From: a plasmid
Direction: 5' to 3' (one strand)
DNA length: 64,000 bases
Sequence record: AP025670.1
Part shown: positions 1 through 8,869 of the stretch, piece after piece
Position numbering within the stretch: the first letter of the stretch is position 1
How the letters are laid out: each line of letters starts with the position of its first letter
Notes under the pieces: generated by a model
Databases searched by the model: none
Seen by the model: the letters and a program-made list of their open reading frames with translations, nothing else
What the model was told of the DNA's origin: nothing
Translations under genes and position numbers: made by a program

Positions 1-835
1 GCGGGATGACTTGACTCCGGTAGAGATTGCCGAGGCGTTAAACCTGTTTATTGAAGAAGGTTGGAAGCAAAAGGATATTGCTGATCGGCTCGGTAAGAAT
101 ATCACTTTCGTATCTACGCATCTGTCGTTGCTCAAGCTACCTGACTGTGTGCGTGAGTTATACGATAATGAAGTATGTTCTGATACAGAGACCTTGAATA
201 ACCTTCGTCTCTTGTTCGATCTGAATGAAGAAAGATGTCGCGCCGTCTGCGCGGTGGCTATGTCTGACGGGATTACTCGTAAACAAAGCCGTGAGCTGCT
301 GAATGATGCCAAACGTATCAAAGACGAAATGGAAAAAGGCCCACTGACTGGCTCCCACCAGAATGATGAGCTTGGCGCTGGCAACACCGACGAGCAATCC
401 CTCAACTCGGGTGGGGATGGTACGTCGGAACAAACCGGGAATGACGACCTGAACCTTGCCCAGGAGGAACTGGAAGGGGGTAAAAATTCCAATGGTCAGG
501 ACGATGATGACGAAGACCCTTTGCGTGATGAAGAGGGTGAGCACAAAGATCCTGTCAAGCAGCCAGATAACAGCGGCAAGGACAAAGATGAAGAAGGCGG
601 TGATGCTCTTCCTCCTCTGCCGAAGGACAAGGAATGGAAGAACGTCCGGGCTGACAGTTTGATTTTTGCTGTCAACGTTAACCTGGATGGCGAGACCAAA
701 CGTGGAGTCATCATGACCGACCGTGTTGCTCTGGTTCCGTCTACTGTCTGGGTTAAAACGCTCGATGGCGAAGGCAAGGAAAAGCATGTTCATGTGCCTG
801 TGTCAGACATTGAACTCCTGAGTGTCGAAGGCTAA
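1..835 (+). CDS. ParB/KorB-like DNA-binding protein, 5'-truncated by the window edge. Has a ParB-type HTH (EIAEALNLF..QKDIADRLGKNITFVSTHLSLLKLP) followed by a long acidic D/E/G-rich low-complexity tail.
   Basis: ORF track 11..835 runs in frame to position 1 with no start codon. HTH motif recognised by eye. Confidence 0.5.
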   Translation, partial: RDDLTPVEIAEALNLFIEEGWKQKDIADRLGKNITFVSTHLSLLKLPDCVRELYDNEVCSDTETLNNLRLLFDLNEERCRAVCAVAMSDGITRKQSRELLNDAKRIKDEMEKGPLTGSHQNDELGAGNTDEQSLNSGGDGTSEQTGNDDLNLAQEELEGGKNSNGQDDDDEDPLRDEEGEHKDPVKQPDNSGKDKDEEGGDALPPLPKDKEWKNVRADSLIFAVNVNLDGETKRGVIMTDRVALVPSTVWVKTLDGEGKEKHVHVPVSDIELLSVEG

Positions 836-877
836 TAAAGGAGGCCCAGCCAGAGAGGTTGGGCCTGTCAAGAACAG

Positions 878-1156
878 GTGAATATGAAGATCTCACAGGA
901 CATGAAAAGAAAATTTGCTTTGGTGAATGCCCTGTCTAAAACGGAGAAGCCAAGTCTCCAAGACCTTCACAAGGCAACAAATATTCCTGAATCAACGATC
1001 AAGAGACAGTTGTCTGCCCTGCGTGATGAGTTCGGAATGAATATCTTGTTCGTCAGGGAGTCTACCGGCGAACGAGGTGCCACCGGCTACTACATGCTGA
1101 CAGACTGGGGGATCTTAGACAGGTCTTCGTTCTTGAACCGGTACGGAAAACTGTAA
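878..1156 (+). CDS. Small putative DNA-binding (HTH) protein, 92 aa.
   Basis: Compact ORF immediately downstream of the ParB-like gene. 'ESTIKRQLSALR' looks like a recognition helix. A rho-independent terminator follows. Confidence 0.4.
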   Translation: MNMKISQDMKRKFALVNALSKTEKPSLQDLHKATNIPESTIKRQLSALRDEFGMNILFVRESTGERGATGYYMLTDWGILDRSSFLNRYGKL

Positions 1157-1183
1157 GGTGCCATAGAGCAGCGCATTGAATGC

Positions 1184-1210
1184 AAAACCCGCCAATCGGC
1201 GGGTTTTTTT
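1184..1210. terminator. Bidirectional rho-independent terminator (CCCGCCaatcGGCGGG + T7, A-run on the other side).
   Basis: GC stem-loop flanked by an A-run and a T-run, sitting between convergent genes. Confidence 0.6.
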
Positions 1211-1844
1211 ATGCTGCCACGGTAGCGGCGGTTGCTGGAGGTTTTTCGGCGTAGTAGGCGATGTTCTTGGTTCGTCTGCTAAGGGTGTCTATGCCGACGA
1301 TACTCAGCGTTTTGGGAGTGGTATTGCGGGACTCGAAATAATGGAATAGCTGGATCATGCAGCACTTCACCATCAACGGATCGATGTCTTCCAGGTAGAT
1401 TGAGGCTTCTCTCAATGCTTCGGGACCGTGGTTCTCGATCAGGTTTTCCATCCAGTGAATGGCGTTGATGCCAGAACCACAGCAGGGCTCATAAAAGTCT
1501 GCCGAAGACTGTGAGCCAACAATGAGTGACATCAAGCGGCCAATCTCTGGAGGAGTGGGGAAGTAATTGGTGCCCTTCTTGTGGAAGCCAGACATGCTTA
1601 GGACGTAACCCAAAACATCGCTGGTGGGGTCGCGCTTAATGGCGGCAGACAGGACGTGAGAGAGCTCGAAGGCGACCGGCTGAAGTTCTTCCGGGATCTC
1701 CTCCTTGGCTGGGTATAGGCCAGTCTGCAAGTATGCCCACTGGTCAATAAAGGCCTCAACAAACCGAGATGTGCCCATTCTGTATCGGGACTGCTCGATG
1801 AGAGATAAAGCCTTGGATGTAAGTTGCTGTGTTTCTGGTGACAT
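1209..1844 (-). CDS. Short N6-adenine DNA-methyltransferase-like protein (about 211 aa) with motif X-like 'TNYFPTPPEIGRLM' and AdoMet motif I 'FYEPCCGSGINAI'. No clear NPPY/F catalytic motif, so it may be truncated or an atypical orphan MTase.
   Basis: Motifs read from the translation. Start chosen at the internal Met (MSPETQQ), which has GGAG 6 nt upstream. Confidence 0.5.
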   Translation of the reverse strand: MSPETQQLTSKALSLIEQSRYRMGTSRFVEAFIDQWAYLQTGLYPAKEEIPEELQPVAFELSHVLSAAIKRDPTSDVLGYVLSMSGFHKKGTNYFPTPPEIGRLMSLIVGSQSSADFYEPCCGSGINAIHWMENLIENHGPEALREASIYLEDIDPLMVKCCMIQLFHYFESRNTTPKTLSIVGIDTLSRRTKNIAYYAEKPPATAATVAA

Positions 1845-1935
1845 AAGCGCTCCAGTTTGTTCTGACGAAACATTCAAGAGGTAGAAACGAAGAACCCCGC
1901 CGAAGCGAGGTTCTTTGCTTTCCTGCCTGATCGCC

Positions 1936-2079
1936 TTAATGCCGAAGCAAAGACGTCTTGATAAAGTCGGGGCAACCGGACATTTCCCGGTCGATGAAGT
2001 CCTGACGTTTCGCCAGCGGCCATTTCATGAACGCCGCGAGCGGGATGCGCTTATTCGTGTTAGTATTGCCTTGCAGCAT
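1936..2079 (-). CDS. Small 47-aa ORF (MLQGNTNTNKRIPLAAFMKWPLAKRQDFIDREMSGCPDFIKTSLLRH) upstream of the methylase gene. Below the ORF-track length cutoff.
   Basis: Strong SD (TAAGGAG, 8 nt spacing) before the ATG. Co-oriented with the downstream MTase-like gene. Confidence 0.3.
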   Translation of the reverse strand: MLQGNTNTNKRIPLAAFMKWPLAKRQDFIDREMSGCPDFIKTSLLRH

Positions 2080-2388
2080 AACAAAGCTCCTTAATTGCTT
2101 GATTGTGTTGTAAGGGCTGCAACGAAGGTCGAAGAGCGATGCGGCCCTTATTTATGATTATTACAGCATCATAAAATAATATCAAGAGACAATAAAACGA
2201 TACCAAGAAACAAAACTTTCACATGTGAAAGTCTCCCCGCTGTCCACCTCGCACACTCCAAACGCCCAAATAACTTGTCTATCTGCCCAAAATGGGCGCG
2301 TAAGCGTCCGATAGAAAGTAATTGTTAGTGAGATATTGACTACACGGAATATGGCTATATCATAGAATCATAAAATGATGCTGTAAAA

Positions 2389-2775
2389 GTGATATGTATG
2401 CCAAAGCAAGCAAATCATCTCCGTTTGAAGAAACCTTGCGCCAACTGTCCATTCCGGAAGGAGGGCGCTATCGAGCTGGCCCCTGGGCGATTAGAAGGCA
2501 TCATCAACGACATCGTTGAAAACGACATGACGACGTTTCATTGCCACAAGACCGTGCATTCAAAGTCAGGTGGTGAATGGGATGAAGAGGGTAACTATGC
2601 ACCTTCGGGACAAGAGTCGATGTGTGCCGGTGCTGCGGCTTACTTGATGAAAATAGGCAGGCCGACAGTGGCTATGCGAATTGCCTTTGCGTTTGGTGAT
2701 GCAAAGGTGTCCGACTGGGACGAAGCTCAAGAGCTGGTTATCGAGCCTTTGGTACAAGGGGACCGAAATGAGTAA
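2389..2775 (+). CDS. Hypothetical Cys-containing protein (CANCPF.., HCHKTVH), 128 aa. First gene of a long same-strand block.
   Basis: ORF track; no recognisable family. Confidence 0.4.
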   Translation: MICMPKQANHLRLKKPCANCPFRKEGAIELAPGRLEGIINDIVENDMTTFHCHKTVHSKSGGEWDEEGNYAPSGQESMCAGAAAYLMKIGRPTVAMRIAFAFGDAKVSDWDEAQELVIEPLVQGDRNE

Positions 2776-3049
2776 GCGATATGCGGTAGTGCCGCATCCG
2801 AAACTGAAACGAGAGTACAAAGGTCGGCTGGTCAGAACTACTCGGGTACTAAAAAACGGCTGGGGGTTGATCCCTCTAGGGGCTGTGGCAACGGTCACGC
2901 ATCAGTCTCCCAAGGGATCAGAGCTGACCTTTGAACCATGCGACTGCTGCGGCCTGAAAGCCATTATCAGTCATGTAAGCATGGACTCCATTGAATTTAT
3001 CGAACCGATTACTGAGGAAGAAGATGGACGAGAACAAGCTCAACATTGA
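2768..3049 (+). CDS. Hypothetical small protein (MSKRYAVVPHPKLK...).
   Basis: Internal ATG of ORF 2681..3049 preceded by GGGGA. Overlaps the upstream stop, suggesting translational coupling. Confidence 0.35.
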   Translation: MSKRYAVVPHPKLKREYKGRLVRTTRVLKNGWGLIPLGAVATVTHQSPKGSELTFEPCDCCGLKAIISHVSMDSIEFIEPITEEEDGREQAQH

Positions 3050-3698
3050 AACGGTCGATGGGCACAACGAGCTGGTAGTCAGCTTTTTGTCCAGAATGGT
3101 AAGCCTGAGTGACGAGGAAAAGCAGACAGTATTGTCCTGCCTTCCGGACACCGGCAAACAAACAATCACCCAGCTCTATGAGGCGCTGCGTTCTCAAGGG
3201 CACCAGGATCTTGCAGAGAAAGTCGAACCATACCTCCAGCAGGGGGTGTTTGGGCCGATCTTCGATAACGCCAAGTCCAAGGTGTTCGTTCGGGACGAAG
3301 CGCCTTTTTTCCTCATGGATGAAAATCCTTTGAACTGGGATGACGCTAAAGCATTCAATCGCCTACGTATGAGTACGGCCTGTGTTCTTGGCCGTGGCGG
3401 CTGGACTATCGGTGAGCGCTTTGATGACCGCTTTGATACCGAGGTGGGCGGAACACAGCTTATCGTCACCCAGTCACTCAACGAAAAAGGTGAGATTGAA
3501 GGAGGACTTCCTACCTCGATGTCGCTGAATGACTTTGCTGAGTTCCCTAAACAGCCAAGGCCTCCTCAAATAGTCGATTACCAGGAAGACAAGCGATACA
3601 CGCTTGAGGAAGCGGAAGCTATCCCTGAGCTCGCACCAGTGGTTCAGCGTCTGAAAGAGCGCATCGAAGAGTATGAGGAGAGAAGAGCCCATGATTGA
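3024..3698 (+). CDS. Hypothetical protein, about 224 aa.
   Basis: ATG preceded by GAGGAAGAAG; ORF track 2991..3698. Confidence 0.5.
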   Translation: MDENKLNIETVDGHNELVVSFLSRMVSLSDEEKQTVLSCLPDTGKQTITQLYEALRSQGHQDLAEKVEPYLQQGVFGPIFDNAKSKVFVRDEAPFFLMDENPLNWDDAKAFNRLRMSTACVLGRGGWTIGERFDDRFDTEVGGTQLIVTQSLNEKGEIEGGLPTSMSLNDFAEFPKQPRPPQIVDYQEDKRYTLEEAEAIPELAPVVQRLKERIEEYEERRAHD

Positions 3699-4197
3699 CC
3701 TGACATGCCGCCTCTGTGCTGGTTCCGGTGTTTATGACTTTTCCCCTTCCAAAGAAACCTGCGGTATGTGCCAAGGGCATGGGAAATTTGCTGACGCCAA
3801 AGCAATGCTGGTGGCTGCCATCGAGCTGGCAAAGAAGCAACGCGAGCCGGTCATTGAGGTGGTAATGGGGTTGGTGCTCCAGGGTGTGGATGTTAGAGGG
3901 AAGGAGCCTGGAGAGCGGTTCAAGGCTGCTCAGGCCTTTAACGCCCCAGGGCACAACCTATTACGATACGGGTGGGATGCTTGGGAGCTCTATGCCCTAC
4001 ATGAGGGTGTAAGTCCAGAACTTGCATCGCTTGGCCGAAGTGTGATGCGCGAGTGGCATAGCCATTCATGGGGCCGGTTCAGTGGAGAGGTAGGCTTTAA
4101 CGCCGCCGAGATCATGATCAAACAGGCCAAAGACAACCCAGAAAAAGCAGAAGAGCGCTGGGCGTTCCTGCTTAGTGAAGAATGGATGGTGGAATAA
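3691..4197 (+). CDS. Stand-alone DnaJ-type zinc-finger protein with two CxxCxGxG repeats (CRLCAGSG, CGMCQGHG).
   Basis: Motif read directly from the translation. The start overlaps the upstream stop. Confidence 0.5.
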   Translation: MIDLTCRLCAGSGVYDFSPSKETCGMCQGHGKFADAKAMLVAAIELAKKQREPVIEVVMGLVLQGVDVRGKEPGERFKAAQAFNAPGHNLLRYGWDAWELYALHEGVSPELASLGRSVMREWHSHSWGRFSGEVGFNAAEIMIKQAKDNPEKAEERWAFLLSEEWMVE

Positions 4198-4514
4198 TTG
4201 TCGTGACAGAACAAACCAATAAGAAATTGATGCTGGATGAGTCTCCAGATATGCCCCTGCAATTCAAGTGGAGAAAGTTTGGTGGTGCGATTTTTACTGC
4301 CACGCAAACAATGGAGCACGTCAAGGAAGGACGTAAGCTCGGGCCGACTCCAGCAGGGATGCTACCTCAAGAAGTGTGGCTGAACCGCCTGATCGCTATG
4401 GAAGAAACCCTGCCACGAGGGAAGTTTTTTGACAGATTCCGCCGCCGCGACAAAAACGAGCAGTATGACTTGGCCGCCGATCATCTCCGTCTTGTCGGAC
4501 AGAAAAAGCTATAG
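4182..4514 (+). CDS. Hypothetical protein, 110 aa.
   Basis: ORF track, same-strand operon context. An alternative GTG start at 4203 is possible. Confidence 0.4.
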   Translation: MDGGIIVVTEQTNKKLMLDESPDMPLQFKWRKFGGAIFTATQTMEHVKEGRKLGPTPAGMLPQEVWLNRLIAMEETLPRGKFFDRFRRRDKNEQYDLAADHLRLVGQKKL

Positions 4515-4522
4515 GGGGATAG

Positions 4523-5023
4523 ATGAAAGCCCAGGCATACCCACCATCAGTCATTCGTAAAGGCGCTGTGTTGTACGCAGCCCTTTATTACATCTCTGAT
4601 GATGATAAAGCAAAGGTCGAGGTTACAGAGTGGATAGTTCGCTCTATTCAGAAACGACGCAACTCAACCAGCGATCAACGCTATGTCAATCTTGCCCAAA
4701 AGTTAGATGGGATTACGTGGGGGAAAAGGTCACGGAAGAATGGGGACTTTGGTTGGTTGCCATCTATACCGAGCTGGTGCTTGAAGCAGTTCCGGGAAGG
4801 TGGCGAATTGCCTTTTGGCGTTTATACGACTCGACTGGCCGCTCTCAAGTTTGCGAAAGTCAGCTTGCAGGAAGAGGTCCAATATTGCGAGGCCGAGCTG
4901 AAAAAGCCTCAGACAGAAGAGGATACTCAGGAACTCCAAGAGGAGCTGGCGGAGAACCAGAGACTTCTGAAAGCTGCTGGAGCAATGGTGAAGCGCGAGC
5001 AAAACAAGAAGAAAAGAGGTTGA
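4523..5023 (+). CDS. Hypothetical protein, 166 aa, with a charged coiled-coil-like C-terminus.
   Basis: GGGGGA RBS; ORF track. Confidence 0.5.
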   Translation: MKAQAYPPSVIRKGAVLYAALYYISDDDKAKVEVTEWIVRSIQKRRNSTSDQRYVNLAQKLDGITWGKRSRKNGDFGWLPSIPSWCLKQFREGGELPFGVYTTRLAALKFAKVSLQEEVQYCEAELKKPQTEEDTQELQEELAENQRLLKAAGAMVKREQNKKKRG

Positions 5024-5026
5024 CCA

Positions 5027-6454
5027 ATGTTACCGATCGTCTCCCCCTCCGTAGTAACCAAACAACTTGCGTTCAATCGAGTAGGCGATAAACGCAAGGT
5101 TAGGGTTTCGTCCAACTTTTTGGATGTTATGGGGTTCAAGCCAGGTATGGGCATCGCCGTTGAGCCAGGGGAGGGGATGGGCGGTTTTTCGGTGATCCCG
5201 GCGACCGATGAACTACAGACACACCAGGTTTATCAGCGCCGGTATCAACCAAAGAGTCGCTCCAACAACCCGCTGGAAACCGTTATTGAGTTTTCTGGAC
5301 AAGGGCTCATAGATAAGTGCTTCCCTCGCTATACAGAGCGTTTCCACGTCGAAATGCGAAAAGGCCGAGTAGTCTTCACTCCTGTCGCAAACAGAGCCTT
5401 TGCCATTGCTGATCGGTTCAGAAAAACCAGCCCTTTCCGTGCCTTTGTGGCATTGACTGGCGGGGTAGACATTCATGTTATGGAAGCGCTTGGCTGGAAG
5501 GCTGAGATTGTTTTGGAGCATCGTCCAGTTGAAGCCAGAGACAGAGCATCCGGGCGGAACCTGAGTGAAGTACATGCGCTCAATACGCTGGTTAACAGCT
5601 CCCCGCGTATCCTGCTGAATGAAGACATTCATCACCTGGAGCTGGATCGCCTTGGAGCCTTGCTGGCGGAGTGCCCACCAATTGGTTTGGCCCATTACTC
5701 GTTGGGGTGTGATGACCACTCAAACGCCAAAAGTCCAAGGGACAAAGAGCGTTCTCTTGAAGATCTCTCCACCATGCTCGACATGGTTTACCCGGCCCTA
5801 AAACAGATCGAGGTCGTGAACCCTGCCGTAGTGCTGGTGGAAAACGTCCCGAACTTCAAAGCATCCGGAGCTGGGGCGATGATGGGAACGACACTGCGGC
5901 GGATGGGGTACTTCCTCACTGAGATGGTCTTGAACGGTCTGAATTTCGGCGCTTACCAGGGGCGAGAACGCTATTACATGGTGGCGTCGGTATTCCCTGG
6001 GTTCGTTCCACCGAAACCTGAGCAGAGAGCTGGTGGACGATTGTGGCCGGTGATCGAGAAGCACCTCGGGGATTGTGCAGACGTCACAGCGTTGAAGTCA
6101 ATTCAGGCCAGAGAGTCAACTTCTCGCAGGATGCCTGCGTTCTTGACGAGAGAAAGCACCAGTTGCCCGACCATCCTCAAGTCTCAGGATCGTGGGGTAA
6201 AGGATGCAGTGTACATCCAAGACGGTGGCCGCATTTACAAGCCATCGGTCGATCTGGTTCAGGAGTTGATGTCGATACCTGATAGCTTTGATGTTTCGTG
6301 GATGGCAAAAGAACAAGCGACAGAAACGCTTGGGCAGAGTGTGGATTACAGATTGCATTCAGCGGTCATGGCCGCAGTTCGGGATCACCTGAATGTGAAT
6401 TGCGGTCGCCATACCGTGGTGCAGCACGGTATCAGAAGTAAGGAAGGGAAATAA
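5027..6454 (+). CDS. AbrB/MazE-like N-terminal domain fused to a C5-cytosine DNA-methyltransferase-like domain. It has ENV (VLVENVPNF) and QxRxR (AYQGRERYYMV) motifs but an atypical motif IV ('ECPPIG' instead of the canonical PCQ).
   Basis: Motifs recognised in the translation. The N-terminal 'VRVSSNFLDVMGFKPGMGIAVEP' resembles a swapped-hairpin AbrB fold. Confidence 0.5.
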   Translation: MLPIVSPSVVTKQLAFNRVGDKRKVRVSSNFLDVMGFKPGMGIAVEPGEGMGGFSVIPATDELQTHQVYQRRYQPKSRSNNPLETVIEFSGQGLIDKCFPRYTERFHVEMRKGRVVFTPVANRAFAIADRFRKTSPFRAFVALTGGVDIHVMEALGWKAEIVLEHRPVEARDRASGRNLSEVHALNTLVNSSPRILLNEDIHHLELDRLGALLAECPPIGLAHYSLGCDDHSNAKSPRDKERSLEDLSTMLDMVYPALKQIEVVNPAVVLVENVPNFKASGAGAMMGTTLRRMGYFLTEMVLNGLNFGAYQGRERYYMVASVFPGFVPPKPEQRAGGRLWPVIEKHLGDCADVTALKSIQARESTSRRMPAFLTRESTSCPTILKSQDRGVKDAVYIQDGGRIYKPSVDLVQELMSIPDSFDVSWMAKEQATETLGQSVDYRLHSAVMAAVRDHLNVNCGRHTVVQHGIRSKEGK

Positions 6455-7110
6455 TGGCAGTCATTTACTACGGCGAGGGAACCCATGACGCCGGTTTCGT
6501 CGGGTTCCGTGTCGCACGAACAGTTGGGGTGGCGGATGATTACCGGCAGGAATACTTCTCCTTGAGAGAGTATTCCTACGCAACAGCTCACCGGCTGGCC
6601 TACAGCTTGGACCGAAAGTGGGAAGCTGAGGCAGAAGAGGTGAAGCGTCAGAATAAGACTTGTAAGCGGCGACGCAACTCCGGGCCAAACATCATTGCTG
6701 AGGGGCTGAGGGCTTATATCAGCATTGAGAACCGGAGCCGGATGGGGGTGAAGAGAACCTACTTCGCGCCTTGTTTTCTCGTCACAAAGCCAGGCTACGG
6801 CAATGGGGATATTGCTTTCAGGATTTCCACTCATGGCTACGCAGAAGCCTACGAAAAGGCGGTGGAAAAATATTGTGAGATCCATGATTTGACGGATGAG
6901 CAGTATGTTGAGTTGCTTGACCGTATGCCGAGTACAGAGGTGTTCACTGGATACCTGCTGAATGCTCTTTTAATGCGCGGCCATCGCGCTACAAAAGCTG
7001 AAATACTGAGTAAGCTGGGGGCTGAGAAGAATGAAGAGGACATTGCCAATGGCAAAGGGAAAAGCGGCCAGAACAGAGTGCGTTGCCCAGAGTATCGGTG
7101 GGCGCAATAA
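6454..7110 (+). CDS. Hypothetical protein, 218 aa.
   Basis: GGAAGGGAAA RBS; TAATG overlap with the upstream gene. Confidence 0.5.
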   Translation: MAVIYYGEGTHDAGFVGFRVARTVGVADDYRQEYFSLREYSYATAHRLAYSLDRKWEAEAEEVKRQNKTCKRRRNSGPNIIAEGLRAYISIENRSRMGVKRTYFAPCFLVTKPGYGNGDIAFRISTHGYAEAYEKAVEKYCEIHDLTDEQYVELLDRMPSTEVFTGYLLNALLMRGHRATKAEILSKLGAEKNEEDIANGKGKSGQNRVRCPEYRWAQ

Positions 7111-7312
7111 CAGCGCCACCAGCTTTTGGGACCGTATTTTAACAGTTGAGGAGACGGCCACACTCATTGGTGTCAGGATCTCTGAGCTCAAAGACTCGGT
7201 GCGCTATCAGAAACCTCTGAAAGGGAAGGTAGCTCCAGAAGTCCACTCGGTATCAGGAACTGGGAAACTGTTTTTTGATGGGCGATCCATTAAATCGTTC
7301 ATAGAGGGCTAA
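7049..7312 (+). CDS. Small putative HTH protein (ILTVEETATLIGVRISELKD).
   Basis: Overlaps the 3' end of the previous gene in another frame; start uncertain. Confidence 0.3.
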   Translation: MAKGKAARTECVAQSIGGRNNSATSFWDRILTVEETATLIGVRISELKDSVRYQKPLKGKVAPEVHSVSGTGKLFFDGRSIKSFIEG

Positions 7313-7315
7313 CTG

Positions 7316-7534
7316 GTGGATCTGGATCAAAAGCAAGAACCGTGGATCAGCGTCAACGACAAAATGCCGGTCGTCGGTGTGCCTGTTCATTGCCAGCTTA
7401 AAGGATGTTGGTCGGGCAAAATTGTTGAGTACGACTTGATCCATGTTCAGGAAGATGATTGTTCGTGGCGAACGGCGGACGACAACTCGGAAGTCAGCTA
7501 TGACTTCGATGTCATCACCTGGAGACCTATTTAG
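7316..7534 (+). CDS. Hypothetical small protein, 72 aa.
   Basis: ORF track only. Confidence 0.3.
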   Translation: MDLDQKQEPWISVNDKMPVVGVPVHCQLKGCWSGKIVEYDLIHVQEDDCSWRTADDNSEVSYDFDVITWRPI

Positions 7535-7627
7535 GTTTGGGAGTCTTGCATTATCCGGCGGTTATTGCCGTGAAAATACGGATGTTCAAACCATGTTTTA
7601 TAGCAACACCTCCTTGGGGGCGGAATT

Positions 7628-8245
7628 ATGTTTTTTGATAACAAAGTAGAATCTCACTCGCTCGTAATGGGAGCCAGCGGGAAGGGTAAATCGGTCTTGT
7701 CCGAACAAGTGCGGAAAAATGCGAGGCTGCGCGGTGATCTGCTGGTGGATACTGAAATGTACCGTGAAGGTCGAGGGTTGAAACCATACGAGCATGAGTA
7801 CGCTCGTCGCTTAGTTCTGGGGCTAAGTGGACCGTTGCCGCGTGAACTGCGTGGGAAGCCGGTGACGGTTATCTCTGATGTGTCCAGGCCAAAAAAGGTA
7901 AAGCGTCAGCCAAAGCAATTTGTTAAGACCGTGAATGGCATAACCCTTGAACGCCAATTGGTGGCCGATGCAAGAGAACAGTTGGAAATGCAAACAGGCG
8001 TCTGGCTCAAACAACCTCAGCTCATCGAGCTGATGGAAGAGTCGGGCATAGACGAAACTCTGGCCGATTTTGGTGAGGCTGAAACACAGATCCGAGAAAT
8101 GCTGGCGGATGCGTTGGCGATGAAACTGGTAGGGCGCTCATGGCCCAAGTGTGGAGCCCTCTATAACGCGGCAGAAAAGTCCGACGTTAACTTTTCCTCC
8201 GAGCTTGATGCTGCGGCCAAAGAAGCTGGATACATGGTTCGCTAA
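7628..8245 (+). CDS. P-loop NTPase-like protein (Walker A 'GASGKGKS').
   Basis: Walker A motif near the N-terminus; GGGGGCGGA RBS. Confidence 0.5.
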   Translation: MFFDNKVESHSLVMGASGKGKSVLSEQVRKNARLRGDLLVDTEMYREGRGLKPYEHEYARRLVLGLSGPLPRELRGKPVTVISDVSRPKKVKRQPKQFVKTVNGITLERQLVADAREQLEMQTGVWLKQPQLIELMEESGIDETLADFGEAETQIREMLADALAMKLVGRSWPKCGALYNAAEKSDVNFSSELDAAAKEAGYMVR

Positions 8246-8452
8246 ATGGGATTTGGTGTGGACAAGATAGATCGGCAAAGTTGGCTCGTTAAATTCAGAC
8301 GAGCGAAGTGTCAGGACACTTTAGACACGATGCGGGATGCGGCCATTCGCAACTATGAAGGGAATATTCGTGTTATCGCGGATATTGTATTGGCCCATGA
8401 GGCGAGAGAGACAGAAATTGAAAAAGGGATGTTTTGTCGAATAGTTAGATAG
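8246..8452 (+). CDS. Hypothetical small protein, 68 aa.
   Basis: ORF track; starts at the stop of the upstream gene. Confidence 0.3.
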   Translation: MGFGVDKIDRQSWLVKFRRAKCQDTLDTMRDAAIRNYEGNIRVIADIVLAHEARETEIEKGMFCRIVR

Positions 8453-8478
8453 CGTTGATGGGCTATCAGGTGGTGATT

Positions 8479-8763
8479 ATGAAAAAGAGAATACTTCATC
8501 TGCCCGTAAAAAAGATTTACTTCGATCAGATTAAGTCTGGAGAAAAGCCAGATGAATATCGCCTCGTTACAGACTACTGGATAAAAAGGCTTGAAGGGCG
8601 TGATTATGATGAAGTCCATGTTAAATGTGGCTACCCAAAGGCTGGAGATATGTCAAGGGTAGAAATTCGCCCCTGGCGTGGCTTCTCAAGAATTTACATA
8701 ACGCACCCGCACTTTGGGCCTGACCAAGTAGAGGTTTTTGCTATACATCTCAGCTTGCGATGA
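8479..8763 (+). CDS. ASCH-domain protein (KKIYFDQIKSGEK...EYR).
   Basis: ASCH-like N-terminal signature. The internal ATG with a GGTGGTGA RBS is preferred over 8455. Confidence 0.5.
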   Translation: MKKRILHLPVKKIYFDQIKSGEKPDEYRLVTDYWIKRLEGRDYDEVHVKCGYPKAGDMSRVEIRPWRGFSRIYITHPHFGPDQVEVFAIHLSLR

Positions 8764-8869
8764 GATGTCAACGATAAACAATTTGACCGAAAAGGGCAGT
8801 TTGGCATACCGAAATACGGTGCCTCTTAATGGTTATATTATTGCGTCATAACCAAAAGGAGAGGCACTG

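Noticed and set aside
2164-2384. A 10-bp inverted repeat ACAGCATCAT / ATGATGCTGT separated by about 200 bp, considered as MITE-like ends.
   Set aside because: It is too short and imperfect, with no target-site duplication. It is likely chance similarity in AT-rich intergenic DNA.
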